Position numbers and translations under genes: made by a program. From Octopus bimaculoides (lineage: Eukaryota), in assembly GCF_001194135.2 (NCBI RefSeq), contig NC_069000.1, positions 36,296,519 to 36,342,590 on the forward strand: a stretch of 46,072 bases of DNA, given 5' to 3'. Position 1 is the stretch's first letter; each line of letters begins with the position of its first letter. This document shows positions 20,545-33,879 of this stretch, piece after piece. Below the pieces are notes generated by a model. It did not search any database. It worked only from the letters and a program-made list of their open reading frames with translations, and had not been told where the DNA came from.

Positions 20545-21345
20545 TATTGGTTTCAAATTGTGAAAAACCAGCCATTTTAGGGGAAGGGGTAAGTTGATTA
20601 CACTGACCCCAGAGCTCAACTGGTACTTATTTTATCAACTGTGAAAGGATGAAAGGCAAAATCAACCTCAGTGGAATTTGAACTTAGAACCTAAAAACAG
20701 ATAAGACGCACTGCTAATGATTCTGCCAGCTGTTCCATTGCCGGTTTCAAAGTCAGCAATCTAGAAGGCAGGGGACAAGTCAATTATACCCCAGTACTTG
20801 ACTGGTACTTTATTTTATCAACCCCAATAAAAAATTGTAGAAATTTTTTTAAAAAGAAAGGTTGTCATCTTTTTTAAAAACTGTTTCTTTTGTCTTGAAT
20901 TCTAAGGGCTCACAGGGCTGGTTACCTGGTTTCCATGCATATAAGTAACTAAGGTCGCAACACTCTCCCTGAATGGGATATTGGTCTGTTGCAAGGGTCA
21001 AGGCTAGCAATTCTGAGGGTAAGGAACAAGTCGAGTACATCAGTCCAGTACTTGACTGGTACTCTGACTGACTCTGAAGGGATGAAAGACAAAGTTAACC
21101 TTGACAGGATTTGAACTCAGAATGTAAAGAGCCACTATGCATTTAGTCCAAAGGGCTAATGATTCTGTCAGCTTGCTGCCTATTCTGAATCAATGTTGCT
21201 TTTTATTGATTCTGAAGTGAGGAAAAGTAAAGTCGATCTTGGTGGGATTTGAACTCACAATGTAAAGAGCTAGAAAAAATGCCACTAAGCATTTTGCCTC
21301 GAGTACTTAAATGATTTTGCCATCTTGCTGCCTATTCAGAATCAG
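20545..21345 (-). mobile_element. Cluster of diverged A-group SINE fragments
   Basis: Repeated aaggatgaaaggcaaa..caacct..gtggaatttgaactcagaa motifs at ~20650, ~21080, ~21230; one B-related piece at ~20900-21020. Confidence 0.7.
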
Positions 21346-21531
21346 TGCTGAAAGGACGAAAAGAAAATTTGAATTCAGTCAAAGAGATTTGTGTTAAGAG
21401 CATAGAGATTTAGTCTTAGGATGCAGAGGTTTGAATTCATGGAAAGAAATTTGAACTCCAGTATATATGAGTTGCTTGTAATGCACTGGTTTCAAATTTT
21501 GGCACAAGGCCAGCAAGTTTGGAGTACATTG

Positions 21532-21892
21532 ACCAACCACATGGTCCCGGGTTCAGTCCCACAGCGTGACACCTTGGGCAAGTGTCTTCTACTATAGCCT
21601 CCGGCCGACCAAAGCCTTGTGAGTGGATTTGGTAGGCAGAAACTGGAAGAAGCCCGTCGTATATGTATAGATATATATATATATGTATGTGTGTGCATAT
21701 GTTTGTCCCCCCAGCATCGCTTGACAACCGATGCTGGTGTGTTTGTGTCCCCGTAACTTAGTGGTTTGGCAAAAGAGACCGATAGAATAAGTACTAGGCT
21801 TACAAAGAATAAGCTCTGGGGTCGATTTGCTTTACCATAAAGGCGGTGCTCCAGCTTGGCCACAGTCAAATGACTGAAACGAGTAAAAGAGT
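21532..21892 (+). mobile_element. C-group SINE, near full length
   Basis: accaaccacatggtcccgggttcagtccc...ccttgggcaagtgtcttctactatagcc...(TA/TG)n...ggcggtgctccagc...gtaaaagag. Confidence 0.9.
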
Positions 21893-22309
21893 ATACTATC
21901 TACTGAGGTCAACTTTGACTTTCATCCTTTCAGGGTGAATAAAATAAATACCAGTTGAGTATTAGGGTCGATGTAATCGACATAACCCCTCCCCTAAATT
22001 GCTGCCTTGTGCCAAAATTTAAAACCAATAAATAATAATACACACACACACACATGATAGACAGATATTTCTATTACTTTTAAATTGTTTACATTTTCTG
22101 TATTATGTATTTCCAGAAGACGTGTTGTATATGTAATTATTAAATTATCTAAATTTTCAAGTCAACATTTAACATCCTAGAAAAAAAAAAAAATAAAGTG
22201 AAAGTATAGGAAAATAAACACTATTTTCAATCTTATAAAAATAAATCTATTTATCAAAAATTATGATGATATAACTGGAAAAATGAAAATAATTCTTTCT
22301 TCTTGAGGT

Positions 22310-22980
22310 ACAGGGCCTGAATATCAGGTGAAGACGGGGGCAAATGGATTACATGAACCCCATTATTCAACTGGTACTTCATTTATCGATCCCGAAAAGA
22401 TGAAAGGCGAAGACGACCTCGATAGTATTTGAGCTTAGAATGTAGTGCCGGAAGAAATGCCGCTAAGCATTTTGTCCGGCATGCAACGGTTCTGCCTGCT
22501 TGTCTCCTTAATCCTTTCTACTTATTTCTTTACTGCCCACAAGGGACTACACACACAGGGGACAAACAAGGACAGACAAACGGATTAAGTCGATTATATC
22601 GACCCCAATGCGTAACTGGTACTTATTTAATCGACCCCGAAAGGATGAAAGGCAAAGTCGACCTCGGCGGAATTTGAACTCAGAACGTAGCGGCAGACGA
22701 AATACCGCTAAGTATTTCGCCCGGCGTGCTAACATTTCTGCCAGCCCGCCGCCAGAAATTTTGTGAGGAAGGGGCTAGTCGATTACATCGAGCGCAGTAC
22801 ACAACTGGTTCTCATTCTATCGAACCCGAAAGGCTTGGAAAGCAAAGTCGACGACGGCGGAATTTGAACTCAGAACGTAAAGAACCGAAAGAAATGCAAC
22901 CGAACATTTTGGTAAAAATAAAGTCAACTTCATTAGCAGCAAGGGAAAAGAACGACAGGGAAAAGGGAAAGCAAAGTCGA
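22310..22980 (-). mobile_element. Stack of A-group SINEs immediately upstream of the DNM1L promoter
   Basis: Full young copy at 22521-22753 plus diverged or partial copies at ~22310-22500 and ~22770-22910, all on the minus strand. Confidence 0.85.
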
Positions 22981-23030
22981 AATCTTCCCAAAAACATGCT
23001 GGGTAATTTGCGACCAGGTCAGCAAATGAC

Positions 23031-23038
23031 CCGGAAGT
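23031..23038 (+). promoter_or_regulatory. ETS/GABP-type site at the putative DNM1L promoter
   Basis: CCGGAAGT at the boundary between the SINE stack and a pyrimidine-rich, CpG-retaining leader ~550 nt upstream of the ATG. Confidence 0.5.
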
Positions 23039-23585
23039 AGAAATCTGACTGACGTTTTATACAACATTCCTCCTCCCTCCTCCGACATTGTATGTCTTTT
23101 CTTCATATATTATTATTCCTCGATCCCTTCTCTCTGCCTGTTTATATTTTTCTCCTCTTCCCGCTCCACTTTCGGTTCTGTTGAGGGAAAACGCTTCTAT
23201 TACCATTAAGACAGTAAGAGGTTTCTTTTTTAAATGAAACCATATTAACCTGGAGATAAGCGATAACCAACTGTGGAATCTCTCTCTCTCCCCCCTTCGG
23301 TCTGTTTCTCAAACATTATCATTGATGCTGTTAAATTATTTGTAAATTAATTACTCATTTCTTTTCGACCCTATTCTCTCTCATTTTTGTTTTTAACTTT
23401 ATTCTTTATGTAACGCACACCAAACTCTACTACAAAGCCATGGTTTGTGTATATAACGACAGTGATGTCTAAGTAGTAAAAAAAAAAGTAAGCTTTGAAG
23501 CTTTTTTTTTTTTTTTTAACCCATATTTATTGAGAGAAATCCTCCCCCGACTCTTCGACTGCTCGAACAGTATCAGTTGTTAGCT

Positions 23586-23687
23586 ATGGAGCATCTGATC
23601 CCGGTCATTAACAAATTACAGGATGTCTTCAATACAGTCGGTTCGGAAACCATTCAACTTCCACAGATCGTGGTGATCGGAAGTCAG
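23586..23687 (+). CDS. DNM1L: Dynamin-1-like protein (Drp1), coding exon 1
   Basis: [34 protein letters not shown] matches the Drp1 N-terminus (human [34 protein letters not shown]) better than classical dynamin. The 102-nt exon ends CAG|GTAAAT, the intron position I recall for vertebrate DNM1L, just before the SSGKS P-loop residues. Confidence 0.95.
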
Positions 23688-24965
23688 GTAAATAAATGTC
23701 TTTTTTTTAAAACAACACCTCTGCTGCTATTAATTACATGTATTACTAAGTTTAATGAGTGAGTATATATTTATGTTTGCGAGTATACATTGAATGCTAA
23801 CTACTTCTCTGACCGTACTAAGTTTACTTAAATCTGACCTGTTTGATTATTTAAATTGAAACTATAGCTATTCCAGTCCTTATTTTTATATTTCTGTATC
23901 TATTTTAAAAGTAACTTGATAGAAAATTTGTCATATATTTAATTGAACATATCTTACAGTCTTACAAGAAAATCGTTAGTAATACTATTACTATTTCAAT
24001 CTCTCTCACACACAGTTGTATATATTTCACGGTTTTGTGTCGTCAGAAAATAACGACTTGCTTCTCCTAATATCTTGTCACATTTTCGATATCGATATGC
24101 TTGATAAAAAATATCGAATCGTTTTATATTTAGCTATATTGCTTGATCTATTCCGCTTTCTCTGCTCTTATGTCACTGACCTTCAAGAAGAACATTCAGT
24201 TTGTGACTCCTTTTTGCTTTTCAAGCACAACATATATCGCATCTTGAAAATTTATACAAGTGAAATATCGATAGGGTTCTTTATTGCTATTTTTCTGAGA
24301 AATCTCGAATATTTTATTATTATTTCAGAGTTTCTAATAATTGTAAAAGAACAAGTGCGAACTGCTCGACATCATTAGTGGCCGGCTCTACACCATATTT
24401 CATATTAAGAAATAATTAACAGGGACTTGCATATTAGATTAATTACAAGCCTTGTACGTCTTCTGTATGATATTTATATATTGACTAACTTTATATTAAG
24501 TCTATTATCATATTTTTGAGCATTGGCTTCTGCATTTATTGCAAGCTTATCGGGGACAAGAAAGACATTGATTGATTTCCCTCCTATTTTTATTTCTTTT
24601 TCTGTTGATAGTAAAAACAGATGACTAGGGGCTGTTCATTAGAGATTTTTTCAATAGTGAAATTAAAAAAAGGAAAAGAAAGCAATTTAAGCACATTGCC
24701 TTTCTGATAATGAATGAAAAAGACAATTTTCCGAACTGTTGAATACGTTTTCCTCTGAATGAATTGTCACATGATATAATAACACTACATACTGTTATCG
24801 GGGAACCCAGTTGAAGTAATATATATATATATATATATATATATTACCTAGCTGCATGGATCGTCTTTAATTTGAGTATATGGACCTGTTACTGCAACCA
24901 TAAAGACATTTCGCTTCACTTCACGCCATTGTGAAAGAAATGTCTGAGTGTCAAGACATCCCTTC

Positions 24966-25003
<38 letters not shown>

Positions 25004-26146
25004 TACACATACATGAGACTTTATGCCTATCTGAGAAATCAATTTAATACACCACCAGAGGTGTCTTTGGAAACCACACACACACATATCTACACATATA
25101 TACATATCCCCTCTTCTCACTGCAGATACTGTTGCCTTACACTCCCACCATTTGCATCTCCGTCAGGATTTGTGCATCTGCAGTTCTACGTGCACCCGCT
25201 TCGGTCGATGGTAGTCAGGGCGATAGATTATAATCTGCAAATATATGGCAGTCAACCTTGCGAACAGTAGTATCATTTCTCTTTTCATCTCGAACATTTT
25301 TTGGAGGACAGACAACCCGCTATCTTCCTCATTTCAACTGTAAACTAGTAGCTTTATTCTCCGTGTTATCAGGTTTTCTAGACGATCGTTTACATTCATG
25401 GAGGAAATGTTTTCTACAGCTTGCTCATGTTCACCGCGTGTCCTTCACTAAAATAATCATAATAATGGACTTGTTCCAGGTCTTTCATTAAAGCATTGCC
25501 AAGGTTAAAGTGGATGTGTATAATAATAATAATAATATTTTTTTTTCGGTCGACAATTATCATTAGCGCACACACACAAAGCATTAATTAAAATATTGCT
25601 AGCTATTAGTATACCGCAGTGTTTTTTCTGTATGGGCGGGGTTCAACACTTTTTTTTTCTCTTTTAAAAATGTTTTGTAACAGTACCTGCCAAAATATAT
25701 CTGCTATTTCTTAAATTAAGTCGGAATCAGCTGTCGTTGTTTGGAAAAAATGCAACTGAAAGTAAATTAAAGATGACCTAGCAGTTCCCCAATATGTTGT
25801 TATTCGAGAATCGTTGGTCGATGTTTCGTTCGTTGTCGTCGTCTAAGCAGCACTCGAGTCTGCTGCAATGTCAGTTTCAATTCCTGACTATCGTCATTTC
25901 ATTCCATTTCATTGATGTTAATATCTCTGAGAAATGCATGGACCCCCAACATCATCTCAGTTTAAAAAAAAAATTTTTTTTAAGTAAATGTCTTCTGTTT
26001 AAGAAATCAATAGAAGTTGAATGATTTATTAAGCCCTCTTGTCAAATACCTAGTAAAGCCTTTTGCATTGTGCGTGCGAAGTTGCTTTATTGTCGATTTC
26101 TCCGCTCCGATTACCCAGCTGATTAAGTGTATGTGTATATATATTT

Positions 26147-26205
<59 letters not shown>

Positions 26206-27018
26206 TATATATATATTTATATATAATGTATATATAGTTGTCCCGCGGGCAGAGTCGTTGAGGCGTTGAATAGATTGCTTTATGGTATTCATTCCGACAT
26301 TCTGCCTGCACTCTGAACTAGAATTCTCTTGAAGTCAACTTCGCCGTTCATCCTTTCGGGGTCGATAAATTAAATACTGGTGGCGATTCTTCTCTTTTCC
26401 TCCTGGAAGAAATCGACCGTGGTCAGACCTGGATGGTGATGGGTTCCAACCTGATCTAAAATTGCTCTAGACACGTCGAATGTCACGAAGGCACTCCTAC
26501 AAAACCCATCAAAGAGTGGCATGGCTACCTATCCTCGAAGCATGATAGGCAAGTTCGACCCTCGGCGAGATTTGAACTCAAAACGCAAAGGGAAGCTACT
26601 AAATACTGCAAAGCATTTTTGTCTGGAACTCTACAGATTCTAAAATAATATCTTTATAATTCATACTAGACCGATGTTTTTTATTTTTTTATTATGGTAA
26701 ATCAGTTTTACAGGAGTATTTAACAGCCCTAGAGTGTTGGACGGCAAAGTTACATCTGGTAGAATTTGAAGTCAGATCATAGAGACCCAAAGCTAGACCA
26801 AATAAATACTGGTAGACGTTTTAGTCCAGTATTCTGGTCCTATTACTAGTCCATCCACTGCCTAAACAGTCATTAATAATGTCTTGGAGGAAAGCTTAAA
26901 GGTTTTTGGTTGCTTTATTGTCTATACTACAGGAGAGGCCAGTTGGTTATTGCTATTGTGGTTGTACTTTCTCGTGCATTCTACCTGACCATTTGGATAT
27001 TACCATGCAGTCTACCTG

Positions 27019-27113
27019 TAACCCTAATCCTAAACCCTAACCTGTAACCTAACTCTAACCACATCCTAACTCTAATCCTAAACCCTAGCTCTGGTCCCTA
27101 CTCTAACCTTAAT
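27019..27113. repeat. Degenerate (CCCTAA)n-like tract
   Basis: taaccctaatcctaaaccctaacctgtaacctaactctaacc... Confidence 0.75.
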
Positions 27114-27580
27114 CCAGATCAGGTCATTTCACAGCATACACTGTAGATATTGCAGGAGACCACATGCTAAAGCAGCACCCCTATTTTGATTTGAGTTGAT
27201 CCTGTGCAAATCTAAGACTTTTCACTCCTGTGGGTACCTCAGATTACTTAAAATAATGTGTCCATTATCTTTAAGGGTACAGTTTTCAGGAAGTTTGTGT
27301 GCTATCTGTGGCAGTTAAGCAACTGCATAGAAGTTGACTTGGCTTGAGTTGTTTGTGATTTATAGCATTTAAATGCCGAACAAAGCACAAACATTTCTCT
27401 AATTACAATGTTTATTAACATTTCTCGGTGATCCATACAGAGTGTGACTCTTTTGACGCCAACCCACAAGAGACTGTTCCTGGTTCTATGATTGCAAACT
27501 CCCTGTTTTAAAGTGATCTAAATTAAAACCTTCCACGCAAAACTTTGTTAATTTGTTCCAAACCCCAGCTTGATAATGAT

Positions 27581-27812
27581 ATCATCATCATTGTTTAATG
27601 TCCACTTTCCATGCTAGCATGGGTTGGACGATTTGACTGAGGACTGGTGAACTGGATGGCTGCACCAGGCTCCAACCTGATCTGGCAGAGTTTCTACAGC
27701 TGGCAGCCCCTTCCTAACGTCAACCACTCCAAGAGTGTAGTGGGTGCATTTACGTGCCACCGACACGAGGGCCAGTCAGGCGGTACTGGCAACGGCCATG
27801 CTCAAAATGGTG
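27581..27812 (-). mobile_element. D-group RTE tail copy
   Basis: (cat)n gtttaatgtccactttccatgctagcatggg...caaaatggtg. Confidence 0.85.
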
Positions 27813-29477
27813 TTCTATTATTTACAAATTTAACTGAAACAAAGACATTGCTGTTCCAACAGAAATATAGTAATGAAAGAGTTTAGAAGAAAATGGAATA
27901 ACTGATACTGATTGAATGAAATTCCTTTATTCTGAAGTAAAAATCATTAGATTTTTTTCCTGTAAAATTTTACTGGAAAACATGTAATTTTCTTTCTTTT
28001 TCTTCTTTTTTTTTTGAGAATAAATTGTCTTTCCTGTAACTCTTTTGAATCCATTTTAGAGGTCAGTGTTGGGTTATGTCGGTAAAGCATGAGTAATTTA
28101 AATCGGTTTGAGGCAATTTCATGTTGCTTTCACTAACACCTCCCTCTGACAGACAATAGAGATTTGTCATTCACAGTGAAATTTCTGCTGCTAATTGTGA
28201 TAGGACTTCTTAATTTGTAACGTCTCTTGGTAGTAAGAAAAATCAAAAAATTCTTTTGGCAAGCTGGAAAAAGGTAAATTTTGATGATGATACACAGTTG
28301 GCTGAATACATATACAGGTATGGTGGTGTAGTTATGAAGTTCTCTTTATAACCACATGGTTTCAGGTTCAATTAATGCCTTTGACCGCAGCACTTGACTG
28401 GAATTTTATCAGTCCTGGAGGAATGAAAGGCAAAGTTGAACTTGGCAGGATTTATACTAGGGTTTCTGATTTAGATATGAAGCCAGCAATTATGTTTTTA
28501 GGGTTGCATTGACACTACTACTTGACTAGTACGCTATTTTTTTTTCTTATCCCCCAGAGTGATTGAAGGCACTGTTGACCTTGGTAGAATTTGAACTCAA
28601 AATGTAAAGAACCAGAACAAATACCACAAAGCATTTTCAGCTCTCTAAAGATTCTGCCAGCTTGCCAATAATAATAAGTTCCTTACATTAGTAGTGATCA
28701 AAAGTTTTTTTTAGGGGAACGGTTTGGTCAAATTAATCCTATTTTGATGGTACTTATTTTATTGATCTAAAAGAATTTGAACTCAGCCATAGTTCAAAGG
28801 TAATTGCTTGATTTGTCACAGAGCATACAAAAAAATTCAATGTAACATATAAAAAAAAAAATCATTGCATGCATTATTGTGTATGTTTTTTTTTCTGTTA
28901 GTGTAGATTGGCAATCTCTCATCCCACTTTAATTCTTCTTACCTTCACTGTCTCCTCCTTTTTGCCGAGGGTTTTACATCTGGGTATTCATCCTAACATA
29001 AACAACTTTGCAGCTGAAGCTGGGTGCATTTTCTTTTCTTTGGGGACCATTGACACTTGGAGTTCTCTAAGAATTCTAAAGAGTCCCATCTACTCCTGCC
29101 TTGTTGCCATTTGTTCCTATTGTAAATAAATAGTACCCCTGTTTGAGATAGCAGATTATCAGCCTATAATATAGGAATATGTTAAGCTTCATTTTTCATC
29201 TTTTGTATACTTTGTAAGACTACAGTTGTCATGTAGCTCCAGTCAATGCTGCCGAAGCAGACATTGCAGAAGCCTCCTGCACCAGTTAGCACATCCTTTG
29301 CACATTCATGCAACCTACTTGCATTGCCAACCAAAACTCCCTCAGAGCATGCCCTGTCATCTTAAAAAGGAACAAATGTTATTTTGTAGAAGTCACTCCT
29401 GAAACAACATCATAATATCTTCATAAACTGCAGGAGTTCATAGAACCAGTATTTAGTTTGTATTTCTGTATTGTTAA

Positions 29478-29694
29478 CTCTTTGGCATTCAGATTACTCT
29501 GTTAAATGTAATGCATATTTATTCACATTGTTTTAAATTAATCATGCATGATCTTGTAGCTTTAAGATTTTGATGTGATTGTTTATTTTTAGAATCACAT
29601 TGCTGGATAGGTGTGATAAGCTACACCTGACCAGTCTGCGCATAGAATAAATTGAATATTTAGGCCAGTTATGGCCAGTTTAACTGCTAAAGGG
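29478..29694. mobile_element. piggyBac-like MITE
   Basis: TTAA TSDs (29474-77, 29695-98); termini CTCTTTGGCA / TGCTAAAGGG; opposite orientation to the copy at 33686. Confidence 0.75.
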
Positions 29695-29951
29695 TTAAAT
29701 AGATGAATTAATTACCTCCTTGATAGTGCATTAGTCTGTTGTAGATGAGTCTTTTCAGAAGGCCTGGTGCATGTTCTTTAGCTCAGCTATGAGATAGTAG
29801 GCCGAAAACCTTGTCCATTCGAATAATTTTCCTTATTCTTGCTGTCCACCTCACAACTGAGCTTTTGCCTTTTTTTCCTCGGATAACTTGTATGACAGCA
29901 ATGCTCATTTACAACTGGGTGCACACACACACACATGCATGCACATGTATG

Positions 29952-29987
<36 letters not shown>

Positions 29988-30329
29988 TGATGGGCTTCTT
30001 CCAGTTTCTGTCAACCAAGTCCACTCACAAGGCTTCAGTGGGCTTGGGACTATAGAAGACACTTACCTGAGGTGCCATACAGTGGGATTGAACCTGAGAC
30101 CACATGGTTAGGAAGCAAACTTCTTAACCACACAACCACACCTGTTCCTCTTTTCTATATTCTTCATTCCTATCTGTTACTTCAATGTGCCTACCAGTCT
30201 ATTATTTGAGTCTATTATTTTTGTTATTTCCCATCCAAATCTAGAATTGTTGTTTGTAAAACTGGTACAAATTTTGAAAGCCTGAAAATGGTGTTTGCAT
30301 AATTTGACAGGACTTGTTATTCTTTTATT

Positions 30330-30805
30330 TCTTTCACTTGTTTCAGTCATTTGAGTGCAGCCATGCTGGAGCACCGCCTTTAGTCGAAGAAGGAGCCTGG
30401 TGTTGCCATCCGGTTTCACCAGTCCTCAGTCAAATCGTCCAATCCATGCTAGCATGGAAAGCGGACGTTAAACGATGATGATGATGATGATGAAATCGAT
30501 CCCAGGATTTATTCTTTGTAAGCCTAGTACTTATTCTATCGGTCTCTTTTGCCGAACTGCTAAGTTACGTGGACGTAAACTCACCAACATCAGTTGCCAA
30601 GCAATGGTGGGGGATCAAACACAGATACACAAACATATATCTATACATGACATGCTTCTTTCAGTTTCCGTCTACCAAATCCACTCACAAGGCTTTGGTT
30701 GGCCCGAGGCTATAGTAGAAGACACTTGCCCAAGGTGCCATACAGTGGGATTGAACCCGGAACCATGTGGTTGAGAAGCAAGCTTCTTACCACACAGCTA
30801 TGCCT
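30330..30805 (-). mobile_element. C-group SINE with a nested ~100-bp RTE tail (30389-30492, + strand)
   Basis: The C sequence tttagtcga..aaatcga is split by ggagcctggtgttgcc...gttaaac(gat)n. Confidence 0.85.
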
Positions 30806-31285
30806 AACTTTTGTTCTATGATTTGTAGCTTTGGTTAATATTGCAATGAACGTATTTCAATTCTTTTATCTTCTTTCAGTCATTAGACTGTGGCCATGCT
30901 GGGGCACCGCCTTGAATTGTAGTCTAATGTATCAACCCCAGTACTTATCTTCTTTTTAAGCCTGGTACCTATTGTATCAGTCTCTTTTGCTGAACTGCTA
31001 AGTTACAGGGACATAAACACACCAACACTGGTCGTCAAACAGTGTTGGGGGACAAACATGGACATAAAAAAAATATATACACATATGTATGTACACATGA
31101 CAGTCTTGCTTAACTTTCCATCTACCAAATTCACTCACAAGACTTTGGTTGGCCCAAGGCTATAGTAAAAGACACTTGCCCAACCCAAAACCATGTGGTT
31201 GGGAAGCAAACTTAAGGTGGCAGTATCTTCTACTGCCCCAGCCTGATCAATGCCTTGTGACTGAATTTGGTTGGCAGAAACTGCG

Positions 31286-31512
31286 GTGAGCTGGCAGAAA
31301 CGTTAGCATGCCGGGCGAAATGCTTAGCAGTATTTTGTCTGCCGCTATGTTCTGAGTTCAAATTCTGCCGAGGTCGACTTTGCCTTTCATCCTTTCGGAG
31401 TCGATTAAATAAATACCAGTTATGCACTGGGGTCGATGTAATTGACTTAATCCCTTTGTCTGGCCTTGTTTGTCCCCTCTATGTTTAGCCCCTTGTGGGC
31501 AATGAAGAAATA
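31286..31512 (+). mobile_element. A-group SINE nested in a C-group SINE
   Basis: 10-bp TSD agaaactgcg (31276-31285, 31513-31522); C-group sequence on both sides. Confidence 0.9.
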
Positions 31513-31977
31513 AGAAACTGCGTATGCCTTTGTGTTTGTTCTCCATTGCCACTGCTTGACAACCAGTGTTTGTTTACATCCCTGAAACATAGCTGTTCAG
31601 CTAAAGAGACCGCTAGAATAAGTTACCAGGCTTAAATAAGTGCCAGGACGAATTTGTACAGCTGAAGGCATGCCCCAGCATGGCTACAGTACAATGATTA
31701 AAATAAGTAAAAGATAAAAAGATTGTCATCACAGATTATATTATCATTCAATATGTTCTTTTCCTTTTCAAGCCAGTGGGATGTGACCAAGAGAAATTTG
31801 ACTGCTATTTCTAGAAGTTGAGTGGTCACTTAGGACAGGAATCCTTACCATTTTACACTTCATGTGCCAATTTTTCATGCTTGAGATCAAATGCACCATA
31901 TGCCAATTATTAACTATTGAGATCAGATATGTCTTACAAGTCTTACAATTCCAGGCAATTCTTGTATAAAATATAAT

Positions 31978-32189
31978 CCTTTCTACTATAGGCACAAGGC
32001 CTGAAATTTGGGGGAAGGGACTAGTCGATTACACTGACCCTAATGTTTCAATGGTACTTAATTTATCGACCCCGAAAGGATGAAAGGCAAAGTCAACCTT
32101 GGCAGAATTTGAACTCAGAATATAGTGATGGACGAAATACCGCTAAGCATTTTGTCCAGTGCGCTAACGATTCTGCCAGCATGCTGCCT
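31978..32189 (-). mobile_element. A-group SINE, 'gtagaaaggatt' tail subtype
   Basis: Perfect 19-bp TSD ttcttgtataaaatataat (31959-31977, 32190-32208). Confidence 0.9.
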
Positions 32190-32309
32190 TTCTTGTATAA
32201 AATATAATATAAATGCTTTTACCATTTTTTTTTCTTTTTACATGTAATTTATTTAATATAACAAACATAAATGACTTTGAGACTGTTTTGATTTCCCCAA
32301 GCTTTTACT

Positions 32310-32750
32310 GTTTATAAGTGGCTGTGTGGTTAAGCTTGCTTCCCAGCTATGTGGACTTAGGTTTAGTCCCACTCTGTAGCATCTTGTGCAAGTGTTTTCT
32401 ATTATAACCTTGGGCCAACCAAAGCCTTGTGAGTGGATTTGCTTGATGGAAACAGGAAGCTTGTCATATCTCATCATCATTTAGTATCTGTTTTCCATGC
32501 TGGCATGTATTGGATAGATGTATGTGGGTATAAATATATATATATTTGTGTTTGTTCCCCATCACTGCTTGACAACCGTTCTGAGTTTGTTTACATCCCC
32601 ATAACTTAGGAGTTTGGCAAAAGAGATCAATAGAATAAGTACCAGGCTTTAAAAAACATGGGTACTGGTGTTGATTTGTTCGACTAAACCCTTCAAGGTG
32701 GTGCTCCAGCATGGCCACTGCCTGGTTAATGACTGAAACGAGTACAAGAT
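32310..32750 (+). mobile_element. Diverged C-group SINE
   Basis: gtggctgtgtggttaagcttgc...caaagccttgtgagtggattt...ggtgctccagcatggcc. Confidence 0.8.
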
Positions 32751-33249
32751 AAAGTGAATTAGTTCCTGAGAGCAGTAAAGAATCGGTCAGTTGTAAGCTC
32801 TCTCTTTGTTTTTTCTATATCGATTTGTTTATGTTGCTCCAACATGGCCTCTGTCCTATAACTGAAACATGTACAAGATATGTTGTTCTGAAACAATGGA
32901 TGTTGTAACTTTGGACAAATTTTCTTGCTTCTGAAAAATGTCGACAGGGTGATAATAATCAATGATTGCTAGACATTAATCATATCAACAACATACGGAA
33001 TTGGGGAAAGCTCATCCAATTTCATTTTCAATGAATTTGTTTCCAAGTCAGTAACTTCTATTTTGTATGTTACTAAGCATTTTTTCATATTTTCAACGGG
33101 TTTATGTCAGTATGCAATCTTCTTGTTTCGTAAAAAAAAATCATGAAAGCGGCTTTGAATATTTATAAAATCACAATAGTAAAATGTAATAATAGTAAAG
33201 TCATGCATACAACTTTCGATAAACATGCAATAACCTGATTTTTTTCCAT

Positions 33250-33535
33250 CATTTCCCTTTTTGTTTTTTCACTTCACTGACGTTTCTGTTGTGGCTTTTC
33301 CGTTGTCTTTTAACATACGTTGTTTCAGAAGTGACTTTGGCAATATATTTGGTAAAGGAGATTTAGCTGCCATTTCTAGCATGTTGAGTAACTATGTAGA
33401 GGCACCCTTGTCAATTTATCTTTACCTCTATCTTTTACTTTGGAGGATTTAATCGAATTAATCAACCCTGGTACTTATTCTATCAGTATTTTTTTGCTGA
33501 ACTACTAAGTTACAGGGGGTATAAAAACCCAAATC
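33250..33535 (+). repeat. Local direct duplication, copy 1 (copy 2 at 35291-35612)
   Basis: Co-linear cacttcactg...ggagatttagctgc...gtagaggcacccttgtc...actactaagttacaggggg; copy 1 lacks a ~45-nt segment present in copy 2. Confidence 0.9.
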
Positions 33536-33685
33536 ATTCAAACAGCTTTCAATAGACTTGCAATAACCTGATTTTTTTTTTCCAGCATTTTTGAAATAAA
33601 TTATTAATCCCAGCTCAGTTACTCCGCTTTTTCAAAACTTGTTCAAGTCCATATTCTCTAGCTGAAAGATGATGAACGGTTTTAA

Positions 33686-33879
33686 CCCTTTGGTATTTAA
33701 ACCAGCCATATCCAGCTCAAGAGGTTCTACCTGTTTAATGTTCAAACCGGCCAGATCTGACCTCTCACACCTCCCCAACAATGTCATTCAAAACATAAAC
33801 AATCAAGATAATGCATGATTAACTCAAACAATGTGAATAAATAAGCATTATATTTGAGAGTAATCTGTTTGTTGAAGGG
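33686..33879. mobile_element. piggyBac-like MITE
   Basis: TTAA|CCCTT...AAGGG|TTAA (TSDs 33682-85, 33880-83). Confidence 0.8.

Noticed and set aside
23577-23585. In-frame TTG extending the Drp1 N-terminus by MLA, and read-through to 23762
   Set aside because: Homology starts at the ATG at 23586 and ends at the donor at 23688.
24016-24378. 120-aa TTG-started ORF inside DNM1L intron 1 (similarly 1388-1762 and 3163-3525)
   Set aside because: No recognisable domain, AT-rich composition and no usable in-frame splice sites; not Drp1 exon 2.
25100-25500. CpG-rich intronic block as a nested gene or retrocopy
   Set aside because: All six frames are interrupted or unrecognisable; consistent with unmethylated DNA near the promoter.
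26415-26445. 5S rRNA-like tggtcagacctggatggtga
   Set aside because: Too short and divergent, and no flanking 5S sequence.
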